Source: Paecilomyces variotii (taxonomy: Eukaryota). Taken from it: a stretch of DNA of 64,000 nucleotides. Within the stretch, counting starts at the first letter, position 1; each line of letters opens with the position of its first letter. The stretch lies in assembly GCA_004022145.1 (NCBI GenBank), contig RCNU01000012.1. The stretch is one strand, 5' to 3'. This document shows positions 25,989 through 37,752 of the stretch, piece after piece. The translations under genes and the position numbers were made by a program. A model generated the notes under the pieces. It saw nothing but the letters and a program-made list of their open reading frames with translations, was not told the DNA's origin and ran no database searches.

Positions 25989-26378
25989 ACCAACCAAGCT
26001 CCCTTTGGGCGCCTCCTTTGTGAGGCCATGAATCACTCCATGCCAAACATGCACATTCCCTCCCTCACGCAACCAAACCCCCCTTGACATTTATAACAGT
26101 CAATGGCTCTCTCTCCTGCCCATCTTCTCCTGAATGTTTTGACTGCCATATACCCTGAAGCCCTCCAATACAGTGCTTACACCCACCCCCATACCCCCTT
26201 CATTCCTCAAGTGATACCCCAGTGACGGCTGTACTACTAGACGAACCTCGATATCCCCACACAGTATAATTTCCCTAATATACCCTAATTGCTGCTGTCG
26301 TTGAGCTCGATCCTTTTACTTGACTTGACTGGAGACTCTCTTGGTGAAAGAACCAGCAATAAACAAACCGGTGCCATC

Positions 26379-29300
26379 ATGTCGCCGAAAGCAGTTAACC
26401 GTCCTGTCGACGCCAAGCAGAAGGACAAGGCAAGTCCATTGTGCTAACACTTCGATTCCAGATCAGAGCAATCATGCTGACAACTGTATTGACAGGACAT
26501 CAACACTAAGCTCCAGCTCTACGGCATCTACTCAGGTAAGTAGCCTAGATTCCAGCTTCCTGAATCATTATCAGATTGTACGAACTGACGACTTATATTA
26601 CAGCCTTCGAAAATGGAAAGCTTCCAACCGTATGGCCTCCCAATTGTGCTCCCATCCATAACGAGGACACGTGTATGACAACCCCCACAGAATAGGCAGT
26701 GTGATGTCGCCTTGAACAGCGCTCTCAAGTCTAAGGCTCTCACCTCTCCCCCGAAAGAACTCTCCAGCGAAGGCCGGCGTCTCGTTCAGGATCTGCGTGA
26801 CGTCATTGACCAGTCCAAAAAGCTCTGGCTCTCCAAGAACGACGGCAACCTGCTCCAGGAATTCATCTGGAATGCCACGCATCTCAATGCCGGTCAAGCC
26901 AACAAGCCTAATGTGCCTATTGACAAGCAGTCCGCACAGCAGGACGGTAGCCAGGCTCTCGAGGGTTTGAAGACCCTGGGAGAGCTCCTCATCACGAACG
27001 GAGAATTCCGAAAGCTTCGTACGTCGCTTCATTCAAGAGAATTGAAAATTTTTGTGCTCAATACTGACAACCTTGCACAGTCAGTGATGCCACTATTTTG
27101 CTTCGTGACATTGCAGGTGACGCTGCTTTGAAAGCGGGCAGCAAGGTCAAGCCTTCCGAAGAGCAGCTCGCTGCCATCGACGAACCTGCCCCGGAGAATA
27201 CTTGGCACGAGAAGCCCAACATTTCCGCGGACCAACTGAAGTCTCAGGTGAAATCTAAGACGCAGAGGAATGCGCCCGGGGTAAGTTCGATCTTTAAAGA
27301 TCTCAGATGAGTTAAAGCACCATATGCTTATTTGACAATCAGGACCGTCAGACTCTCGAAGAAACTGCAAACACTGCTACCCAGGCGGCCACGGGTGGTC
27401 AGGATCCCAGAGAGACTGGCAACATTGATGTCCGCTCCGGGGCTCAGGCGGCCACCTCGAAGGCCCAGGAGGCGGTTGAGCAGGGTGTTCCAGAGGAGAC
27501 GAAGGGCCAGGCGCGCGAAGTCACTCAAAAGACGAAGGAAGTCACGAATGAGACGAGGGAACGTACGAAGAATTACCTGAATGAGAAGGTTCCTGAGGAG
27601 CGACGGGACCAGTTCATTGGACGGGTCAAGAAGATGCTCGTGGAGATCCAGAGTCACCCTGACTGTAAGTACTCCTGCAACGAAGTCTCAGACCGACGGC
27701 CAACGAGATTGCTGACATTGCTATCGCGTTTTTTAGACCAGCAAGCTATTGAGACACTGCTTACTCTCGCCGAGAAGTACACAGGTCACGGCAAGGATCT
27801 GACTTCTCAGACTGGTGGATCAGTGAAAAACCTTACTTCTGATGACAACCTGAAGTCCGCACAGACTAAGCTGAGAGTACGTCTTCCCGCCGCATGTGAA
27901 TCGATGTAGATTATACTGACGGGTGTTCCAAGGTCCTGATCGAGCGTTTTGCCAACTACACTTCGACCGATGATTTCTTCGATTCTTTGAACGCCATCTA
28001 CCGCGACGCTGACCAGGATTCTCAGCTTAAAGGCTGGTTCAAGCATGTAAACTCCTTCATTCGGTAAGTGGATGATGTATAGAATGTAGTCATTATATCA
28101 AAAGCTAATCTTAAGTCAATTAGAAAATGCCTGCGGGAGCAAGGCTACGTCCTGAAGGATGAGGCGACCAACGAGTGGAGGGAGCTCTATGACGACGGTC
28201 GCTTCCTGCTGCGCGAGCGCTACAGAAATCATACCGACCGTGTTGCCGATGAGGTCAAGTTCTTGGCCGACCAGTTCAACCAGGATCCTCAGAACAGGGC
28301 CTTTGCAAACTCTATGGAGAGACTGTTTAAGGACCTCGGCCAGGATCAGAGCGGAAAGCCTGCATTCAAGAAGCATCTGATCAAGGATATCACCAACGTC
28401 ATCTTGCCAACCATCTTTGAGAACGTTCGCTACGTCCCAATCCCTCGCATTGAGGTCTCTGACCCAATGGTCGATGTGATTGTTGAAAATCTGGTGATCG
28501 AGAGTGACAGCTTGATGCCGAACGTTGTCGAATTTGGCACCGACAACTATTGGCGCTGGGGTCGTAAGAATATCGGCAACAAGGCCGACAACAAGATGAT
28601 GATTTCTGCTTCCGGTATTCAGCTTGACTTGAGAGATGTCAGCTACTATGTCAAGAAGAAGCAGGGATTCCCGTCGCTCACCGACCTGGGTGTCATGGAT
28701 ATCTTCCTTGGCGGCGAGGGATTCAGTTTCAAGCTTGCTGCTTCCAATGCTCAGAAGAAGGACCGACAGAACTTGTTCAAAATAGACGATGTCAAGGTCA
28801 AGGTCCACAACCTTGACTTGAAGGTCAAGAAATCCAAGCACAAGGCGCTCTTCACTGTGTTCAAACCCCTGCTGTTCAAGGTTGTCCGTCCTGCTCTTGA
28901 GAAGGTCTTGGAGAAGCAGATCCGGGACTCCTTCGAGAAAGCTGACGCCTTTGCTTACGATATCCAGACCGAGGTGAAGCGTGCCCGCGAGTCTGTCAGG
29001 GAAGGGGAGGATCTCCCGAACGTCTATTCACAGTACATTAGTGTTTTCCGCAAGAAGATGACGGAGAGTAAACAGAAGGCTGAACAGATCGCTAAGCGCG
29101 ACACCAAGGTGCAGACTGCAGTCACGCACCATGACTCCATGTTCAAGGATATTAAGTTGCCTGGCGGTATTAGCAACAAGGCGACTGAGTACAAGGAGCT
29201 TGCGCAGAAGGGCGAGCGCTGGCAATCTCCCGTGTTCGATTGGGGCAGCGCATCTGAATCCACAGATTTGCCTCGTGCCCAAGAGATCAGACGCAAGCCT

Positions 29301-29642
29301 CATAGCACTACCCAGAGCCGCCTCAGGGATCGTGGAGAAGCAGGCCAAGAGAATGGCCAAGAAAGTGCTTCTGGAAGATACGCCCTCACCGACGCTGATA
29401 CTACCAACGCCTACACCAACGGTCGTACCACGAACGGCTACAGCAACGGCGGATACAAGGCCACTGCACCCAACGGAAGCGTTTCTGCTACCAACGTGGA
29501 CGGATACCCCACTGATGGCTTTTCAAAGCAGATCAACCAGGCCTTCTCCGCAGACACCTCTCGTGATCTCTCCGGTACTCTCAAGCAGGGTTCTGATGGT
29601 CTGACGGTGCCTGGGACCTCCGCTACCGTTGACCGCGTCTAA
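26379..29642 (+). CDS. DUF5923/DUF4449 (HAM1-like, BPI/TULIP-related) conserved fungal protein
   Basis: Nine exons: 26379-26429, 26496-26535, 26604-26629, 26691-27018, 27081-27280, 27343-27664, 27737-27876, 27933-28063, 28124-29642. Intron 1 is GC-AG. Conserved-looking blocks DINTKLQLYGIYSAFENGKLPTNRQCDVALN, GELLITNGEFRKLLSDA, YVPIPRIEVSDPMVDVIVENLVIESD, DLGVMDIFLGGEG. Confidence 0.85.
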
Positions 29643-31099
29643 ATGGCCAACAGGACCCGGTAGGGAGAACCTAATGCGCTGATACCCAAACAGTCTGTTC
29701 TATGACGAATAGATGTGCTACTTGCAACGCGTGATACCATTTCCTATGTATTGTGTTTTCGTGATTGATTTATGCGCAGATTCTGACGGCCATGTACCTG
29801 ACGGGACAGACGCCGTAAACAACAGCTAACATGATGTCAAGCATATTATGACCAAGCCGTATCCAATCCTTTCTTATTTCATATCATGCGATCTAATCTT
29901 AATACTGCTACCCTCGAGAGGGCCATGAGACTAATACAACCCTACAAAAACAAACACCATTCATTTGCGTTCTGTACTACTAGCTAGTCTTTGTCAGACG
30001 AATCTCATTTCTCTTCCGTTTATTTATGATGAACCTTCAGCTCTATCTTGAAATGTCCTAAGCGGAGTTTCTGCTTCTATAGTATGACGCGGCTAGAACC
30101 TGTTCTCGCGACACATGGTGTATTCTACACTATTAGAATACTTATTGGGCAAGGGCTGAAATCTACCTTGGTGGATTTCGTCATTGCCTTGGTACTACAC
30201 AACGCTATCGAGGTCTGAACGCAGCTTCTTAGCATCTAGTTTTCCCTCTCATTATGGCCGCACAAAGGCCGCATGGACTTGCTAGATCTTTCGGATCTAG
30301 ATTTTTTATGTAGTGACAATATAAATACCTACGGAGTAAATGTCCCCGTTCAGGATAGACCGTTTGCTTCCCTGTCATAGGATTCGACACATCAACAGCT
30401 TGTCAATAGCCTCAGATACAAAATAAGAGGACCGGGGCAATCTCATCCATTGCTGGATGCGCAAGTATAGCGTTGCTTTTCGTCTTTCCTTCGCTCTTTT
30501 CGTACCGTGAACAAACTCTGGCGTCGACGAAGAGTAGTTTCATGATCTTGTGGTACTTATATATCGTACCGCACACTTGTGATCGATGCACTTCGACATG
30601 AGATCTAGAGTCCAGCGATATACCACACGCCAGTACACGGACCAAGAGATCCATGTTATACTTACGTTCCTCTAGTCTAATTGGATTTTAGTGTCTTGTA
30701 CTAAAAGTGTAAGCAGGGCGTGTCCCAACCAACGCCAAAACAGGAACCGGACCAACGAGCCACATGCAAGGTGGTTTCGCTTGCCGGGACCTCGAACCTA
30801 TTTTTTGCTTCCCTGTCGTATCTATAAAGCTAGGGAGGAAACAATCGCGCATATCTTAATTGCGAATATTTTAGAGGTTCAGGGGTCCTCCTGCCTTCTT
30901 TATTAGAGCTCCTTCCGGCTGCGAATTCGCTGCCTCGGCTTGTAAGTAGAGTTCTCGCGCTAAGTAGGAGGTCAGATCAGATCTTCCAAGGCTTCCAACC
31001 TACAAAGCGAGCGGCTTTTCTGAATATCAACGCCGATCCAGGGCTCTCCGCGAAGAATTCGAGATTTCAGACCGTGGAAATAACTGCGAATCCACAGCA

Positions 31100-32013
31100 A
31101 TGCCGCCCTCGAAGACCACGCAGGCCTCCACGGCCCCGAGCTCGCGCTCCGCCTCCTCCCCTCTGGTGCGATACTATCTCGCAGCGTACAACCTCGTCTG
31201 CGTTGCCCTCTGGACTACCTGCACGCTCCGGACCTTCCTCCTTGTGCCCATACTAGCACCGAGGGGCCACCTCCCCGCTATCTTCACGCATGTCTTCTCC
31301 CCGCTCCTCACCGTCACGCAGACGCTGGCGGTGCTCGAGATCCTGCACTCGTTGATCGGAATCGTGCGCGCTCCATTCTTCACGACTTTCCTGCAGGTTG
31401 CGAGTCGATTGCTGCTTGTCTGGGGTGTCATGTTTCTCTTCCGTGACCAGGGCAATGGCGGTATCGTTGGCGGTGACTATGAGGGCGCAGGGAAGGGACT
31501 CACTCAAGGACCAGGCGCGAAGGTCGGCGACTTCGCTTTCCTCGGCTGCATGGGCGCATGGGGTGTTACGGAAATTATCCGTTATGGATTCTTTGCTCTG
31601 CAGGTGCTGGGTTTGAGAGTTCCGAGCTGGTGGATGTGGTTGCGGTGAGTTTCTTTCTTCTCTTTTCTGGTTATTTTTTTGCAGGAGACCGCAATCTGAC
31701 GATGGACAATTTGCTACGATTAGATACAACACCTTCTTTGTCCTCTACCCGATTGGTATCTCTTCGGAGTGTATCCTCATCTTCAAGGCACTCGAGCCTG
31801 CTGCGGAATTGAACCCGCTGTACAAGTGGTTCCTGATTGCGAACCTGGTCATTTACGTTCCTGGTATGTCTGCTGTGGTTTTCATTTAATGGAGCAATGC
31901 TGTATCTGGAACCAATACTGATAATTATGTTCGTTTCAGGCTCCTACATCCTCTACACCCACATGATGGCGCAAAGGCGCAGAGTTCTGAGAGGCAAGAA
32001 GAGAGTGGACTAG
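31100..32013 (+). CDS. PHS1: Very-long-chain 3-hydroxyacyl-CoA dehydratase (PTPLA/HACD)
   Basis: Exons 31100-31644, 31724-31863, 31940-32013. YLAAYN, QTLAVLEILHSLIGIVRA, QVASR, EIIRYGFF, WLRYNTFFVLYPIGISSE, LYTHMMAQRRRVL motifs. Confidence 0.93.
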
Positions 32014-32343
32014 ATGTCCCGCCAATGGAAGAGTTATCTAAGATGCTACTTTGGCAGTCATAATCCGGGCATCATCAGTTGTTCAGCTAGACCGAGTCTG
32101 CAGTAAAAGCTTGGTCACTGTCCGCTCATGATACACTTGATTCATGCAGACATCACAGATATCTGTCGACGGTGCCCGACCTGATGTCCACGATTCTTGC
32201 CGTATGAAAGGACTGAAAGGACTGAAACGGATCGAAATCACCTGCCTGCTAGAGGGGGGTACCCAAAGCCTGTATATGTACACGTAGACATGAAATAAAA
32301 GAAGTATGATCACAACCGCGGAGACTGTATCATATGTACGACA

Positions 32344-33796
32344 TCATAGCTCTTTCATGATATCCCGGACGGCCTTTGCAGCGAACGACTTGCGCTCGTG
32401 CTCGGGGAGTTCAGCGCTCATATCTATATCACATATGTCAGCAAGAATGCAAGATAATGCTTATCAGATAGCCGGGGAGCACGCAGACCTTTGATAGCTT
32501 GCATTCTTATCATGAGAGTCTCTAATGCCTCGACTTTCATTTCCCGATCTTCGTCGTCGTCATCATCGTCAAACCCATTGAAATTGTTGTCAGTTTCACT
32601 TCCAAAATCGTCTCCATCACCGCCGCCATTCTCGATCGCGAATCGCAAACCCATCATTTCACGTCCGAGCTCATTAACCTCGAAATCGAATCCGGCTTCG
32701 CTGTTGTTGTCGTCGCTGCCCTCCTGGTCATAGGAAGATGCTGACCAGTCCGTCGCTTCGAGGACCTCTTTGATGCGGGGAATACCTTCGAGTTCTGCAA
32801 AACATTAGACCATTACCGACAAAGATGATACGATAAGCAACAGCTAGGATAAAGCGCCAACAAACCTCCATATGGATTCCTCCTCACCGGACCATTTTCC
32901 TCTTCCTTATTCTTCGGGTCCCACTCGACGACCTCAAACTCCATCACGCCCATATCGTACAATTCATCTTCCCACCATCCTACCCCGAACCTCTGCTCTT
33001 CCTTCGGCTCACCCACTTCATCACCACCTGTCCGCATTCTCTCTTTCCCTTTCTCTTTCTCTTTACCAGAAGAAGAAGAAGAAGCAAGCACCAACAAGGT
33101 AGGCACTTCACCCATACCCCCCCTCTCCTCCTCAATCTGTCCCTTCACTTCTCCCACAACTTTTATCAAATCCTTAAGCGCGCGCACCTCCTCATCAACA
33201 CCATCACGCTCGTCCGCAGGGACTGCTTCTTCCGGGATCGCTGAGCTCAGAGCTTCCGGATTACGCACACAAAGAACCACCGCGCCGATGGCGTCTCGAA
33301 CGACGCGCGCATCCGCTCCGAGGAATTCATCTTTCCATCGTGTAGACGTAGGGTATGTAGAAGCGTTTTCTGACGATGCGTTCGAAGGAGAAGAATCAGT
33401 CGTAAGCAGAAGCGGCACTTCATCAACCCAAATCGGTACTTCGGCCGTGTAATACTTTGTTTGTATTCGGAATGGAGCGTGTGTTGTGTAGCCTGCGAAT
33501 GTTGTGGTGGTCGTCGTCGTAGTAGTAGTAGCTGTTACAGTCGCTTGTCCTTCCTCCTCATTATTATTATTATTCTTCTTCTCTTTTTCCTTTCCCTCTC
33601 CAAGATCGTTTGATGACTCTGTCGTAGCGCTTGTGGTCGTCTGCGGCGGGGTACTGACCGGTACACCAGTGAGGGAATGTAACAGCGACGGAATGGTCGA
33701 TTGCGCATGCGATGCCGGCGAAAGGATAAGGAGACGGCGCGGATTAGAGATGTTTTTCACATCTTTTGCGCTCTTTTCGCCTGCGACGGTGGGCAT
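32344..33796 (-). CDS. IRC6: Alpha/gamma-adaptin-binding protein p34 / Irc6-like
   Basis: Exons 33796-32866, 32794-32489, 32423-32344. IQTKYYTAEVPIWVDE, RNPYGELEGIPRIKEVLEATDW, and C-terminal MQAIKDMSAELPEHERKSFAAKAVRDIMKEL*. Confidence 0.85.
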
Positions 33797-34568
33797 TGTG
33801 GCAAGGGGAAATGTTGGTGGTTGGCGGTGGTGGTGGTGGTGCTGATGTCGGATAAGTAGTTACCTAGTGGCGGTGGGAGGAGGATCGAGGTTGGTTTTTG
33901 CGGAAGTATCGAGGGGAGTAACTAGGAGGTTTCAAGTTAAATGAGGATAAGTGAGATGAAGGCACTCATTATTTGTAAGGATGATTCCCGAGTGAGATTC
34001 TGGAAAGAGGGAATAAGATATACGTAGCTATATGATAAAGATGTGAATGGAGCTCGGGGGATTTGCGCGCGGAGAATGATGCGGAGAGAGCGGAGACTAA
34101 GTAGGTCCGTAATAATTCCGCTGCCAGCCAAGGATATATAGAACCATCACCGCTTTTTATTACAAACTGGAAAGACAAAAAAAAAAGAAATTTCGGACTA
34201 GGTCATTTTTCATTGTAGCTCTCTGTGGCCTTCTAGAAAAAAGCAATCTCAAAAGTCGCCATAAATTTCAAGCCATTAAAAGTATCCGACATGCTTTCCA
34301 CCTTCCTGACCCAGTCCGAACAGGCTGACCGGGCAGTGAAGAACTGAAGTTGTGCCCTGGTTGATGCCCGTATAGATCTCAGATCTCAGACCTGGAAACA
34401 GATCGAGAGATATCCCGTCGAAACAACTGGCGCGGATATAAGGTGAAGGTGAAAAGGGGATACGCATGAAAATAATGCCACATATCTCCCCAGCGCCGGG
34501 ATGAACATGTACTGATGTTCCTTTTTTCCTTTTTTTTTTTGAATGAGTCCCCAAATGAAAATACGCAT

Positions 34569-35235
34569 CTATCCTCTCCTTTGGCCTCTGGCTCTGTTGA
34601 CTGTGGCCTTACCACGAGCGAGACCGACACCACGTCCACGCTGGCCTCGGGAACGGAACATGGGGGCGTTTCTGTGGTAAATCCAGAGTCAGTTACAAAT
34701 GATACTCAGAAGACTGAAGCACGGCTATCGTAAAACTCTGCCAGAAGAACCTCGCTGTTCTGATATAGCATTGGACCGCGAATCCAACATACCTCAGCAT
34801 ATCCGGCACGATGAAGAATCGCACATGGCTTCCCCGAATGTAGACCTGGTCCAGATGTGACACACGACCATCGCGCGCTGTAACGGTGATATCCTTGAGC
34901 TGAACGTTCATGTTGTCCTCAGCTGTAAATCGCATTCGTCAGCGTGCCGCAAAGACAGATACAGAATGGTGGACGTCGATGAAAAGAGACATTGCCAGCC
35001 ACCAACAGCGTCAAGATGAGACACTCCGCATGATACGCACCTTCAAGGAGCTTTCCTCTGTAAACCTGGCCGGACGTGATCTCGAGGGTGACAACATGGC
35101 CCTACGCGAACATCTCGTTAGCCAAGCTATCCACGACGTGCGCTTCAACCAAACTGAAACCCCAGGGGGATAACACACCTGCGCTTCGTTAAGAAGCTTG
35201 ATCGGGATTCCGATCGTGCTAGTCTGCTTACCCAT
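34569..35235 (-). CDS. SMD3: Small nuclear ribonucleoprotein Sm D3
   Basis: Exons 35235-35179, 35101-35041, 34922-34793, 34671-34569. [41 protein letters not shown]...[23 protein letters not shown] plus RG-rich tail. Confidence 0.95.
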
Positions 35236-35640
35236 CTTTGCGATGATGTGAGCGATGGAGAGAGGGAGAGAGAGATAGGTTGCTGTCGTCTGAGCTTCGG
35301 CGGACAATCGAAGATCCAGGGCGGACCCGTGGGGCGCGAGTTTTGCGGCTCTGCTGAAGCTTTCCGCCTTCCAGGAACGTTTCCGGCCTACAAAGAATCG
35401 AGAAATTAGAAGAGTCTATATTTGCCCTGGAAGTTCTGATTATCATTATTATTATTATTACTATTTTTTTTTCGAAGATCAGGGAGTCCTCCCCCCCTAG
35501 ATCTTTCCACAATATCATGTCTCTGACCTCTTGACCCAACTATCAACTCCATCACCCCAAAAGTCCTCTTCCGCCCATCGCAACAACCAGCATAAAATAA
35601 CTAACCAAATAATCAAGAACACTATATTATTCTCACCACA

Positions 35641-36420
35641 ATGCCCACCCAACTGAACTCCAGCTTACAAGCATTCAACCTCGCCGTGTCCACATTTCTC
35701 AAAAACCCCTCACAACTCCTCCCGAACCTCACCATCCCAACATTCATCCAACTCCCCGAACAACTCGGTCCGCACGTCTACCCATCACAACCGCAACAAT
35801 CAAGGAACTCTCCTTCTTCTTCTACATCTCCTTCTCCTCCTAGCAGATCACCACCCTTAATCCGCGCTCTCGTCGTCGATAAAGACAACACCCTCTGCCC
35901 ACCCAAAACGACACTCTTCCCAAAACCATACCTAGATAAACTCCACTCTCTCCGAACATCGCCTACCTCGCCATTCAACAAAGACAAGAACCCCCACTCG
36001 ATTCTCATCGTGTCAAACCGCGCCGGAAGCAGCGCAATCCACGAGGCAGAGGCGCAGGATCTGGAATCGAAGCTATCCGATCTGAAGATCCCCGTGTTTC
36101 GACTACCCGCAGGGTCGAGGAAGAAGCCGTTCTGCGGCGCGGAGGTTCTTGCGTGGTTCCAGGAGAGGGGCGTCGTTGAGCGCGCGGATGAGATTGCGGT
36201 CGTTGGGGATCGGATTGGGACGGATGTCTTGATGGCTGTGGGAATGGGTGCTTGGAGTGTTTGGTGTAAGGATGGGGTTACCGAGGGGGTGGGTAGGGAT
36301 GCGGGCAAGACGGGGTTGGATTATAGGGGGTTTCTGGCGAAGATGGAAATCGTGGTTGAGCGGTATTTGAGGGAAACGAAGGGGTTGAGACCTTCTGTGC
36401 CAGAGGGTTGGGAGGCTTAA
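35641..36420 (+). CDS. GEP4: Mitochondrial phosphatidylglycerophosphatase (HAD IIIA family)
   Basis: Intronless 259 aa ORF with HAD motifs VVDKDNTL, IVSNRAGS, KKP and VGDRIGTDV. Head-to-head with SMD3 (405 bp gap). Confidence 0.85.
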   Translation: MPTQLNSSLQAFNLAVSTFLKNPSQLLPNLTIPTFIQLPEQLGPHVYPSQPQQSRNSPSSSTSPSPPSRSPPLIRALVVDKDNTLCPPKTTLFPKPYLDKLHSLRTSPTSPFNKDKNPHSILIVSNRAGSSAIHEAEAQDLESKLSDLKIPVFRLPAGSRKKPFCGAEVLAWFQERGVVERADEIAVVGDRIGTDVLMAVGMGAWSVWCKDGVTEGVGRDAGKTGLDYRGFLAKMEIVVERYLRETKGLRPSVPEGWEA

Positions 36421-37752
36421 TTGGAATGAGTGTCTGAATAGACTGAAGGGTGGAATCCAGGCGTTGAGTTGAGACGCACCCTGCTGGTTGGATACTTCAG
36501 CAGGAGAGAAATCTATACAGAGATGCCACGAGGGCTTTGATGGCATAGCGTGTGACCCGCCTCGGTCTCAAGACTGGAAGGCGTCCGGATATTCTCAACC
36601 GGCTTATGTGCCAGACGATGATGCACGCCTGCGAATACTTGGTTTGTCGGGTTACACGTGTACATTGGTCATCTTGACTCTAATCTGGGCGGTAGATCGG
36701 GGATAGGTGGTGTACTGCCATACAGGAGGACATGGGCAAGATATACCCGAGATGTTTAAACATTTTCGAAGACACATAGTTAATGGGGGAAAACACATTC
36801 TCATTCTGATCTGCTGTCCGATTTTGTATATTTATTTACCCCAAATGACTCGCGATCCCTGACAAAGCTGGACTCGCAGTCTTAGCATACGAAACATACC
36901 CATGAGAATACAGCGAATGGCGCTCTACGAGAACTGTACATAACTATATGTGGCGTCAAATGGATGCCAAGGAGCAACTACACACCACCAAAATTCCCAG
37001 ACCATGACTCAGATTTGCATATAGATATATAATGGAAGTGGAGTTCCAACACCTGTAAGGGCACGAATCAAGTAGAAACAATAAGGAAACTAATGTCAAT
37101 ATTCCCTTGTCCCCCGACCCAGAAATGCTAACTTTAGTCGCTTCTCAGACCGACTTTCTCGCATGCTCACGTAAAAAGATTCGAGAAGATCAACAATATC
37201 ACAAATAAATCTTTAGACTGGGACCGACATCGAGCCTTCGGTTATAGGTATAAAAAATAACCAATAGAAGTGAAAAAAAAAGAAGAACCAGTGACCAATG
37301 TGCTACAGAGCCGGCCGTAGAAAGAGAAGGGTATTAATACAACCAAAGGAGACAGTGCCAGCAGTAATGATCAAAAAAAAAAAGAAAGAATTCGACTGGC
37401 ACAGGTTCACTGTCCTGACAGTCGCTGCCTGAACCATGCGGATTCGTAGGGTAGCCTCAAAATATCACCCACACCCGTGGTGACTCCATGAGAAATCCTG
37501 GAAGTTAAGAATATAAAAAACAAACACCTCCCGACTAATTTGTGGGTTTGACGCCATGGGGCCGGCCATTCCGAGACCGACCATCCATAAGCCTTTCGAG
37601 ACTTGGTAGGAAAACCATATAGAAACAAAGAACATCACAAATGCACCCACTCGATGCAAAGAAATGTCGATAGTGGGGGGGTATATCCGGCAAAGCCTCG
37701 CGTAAATAACGTCGATACGAGCTAGCCACATCTTCACGATCCAGTAGCCAAG

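Noticed and set aside
34672..35040. Possible intronic snoRNAs in the ~120-nt SMD3 introns
   Set aside because: Only small hairpins; no paired C (RTGATGA) and D (CTGA) boxes or H/ACA layout.
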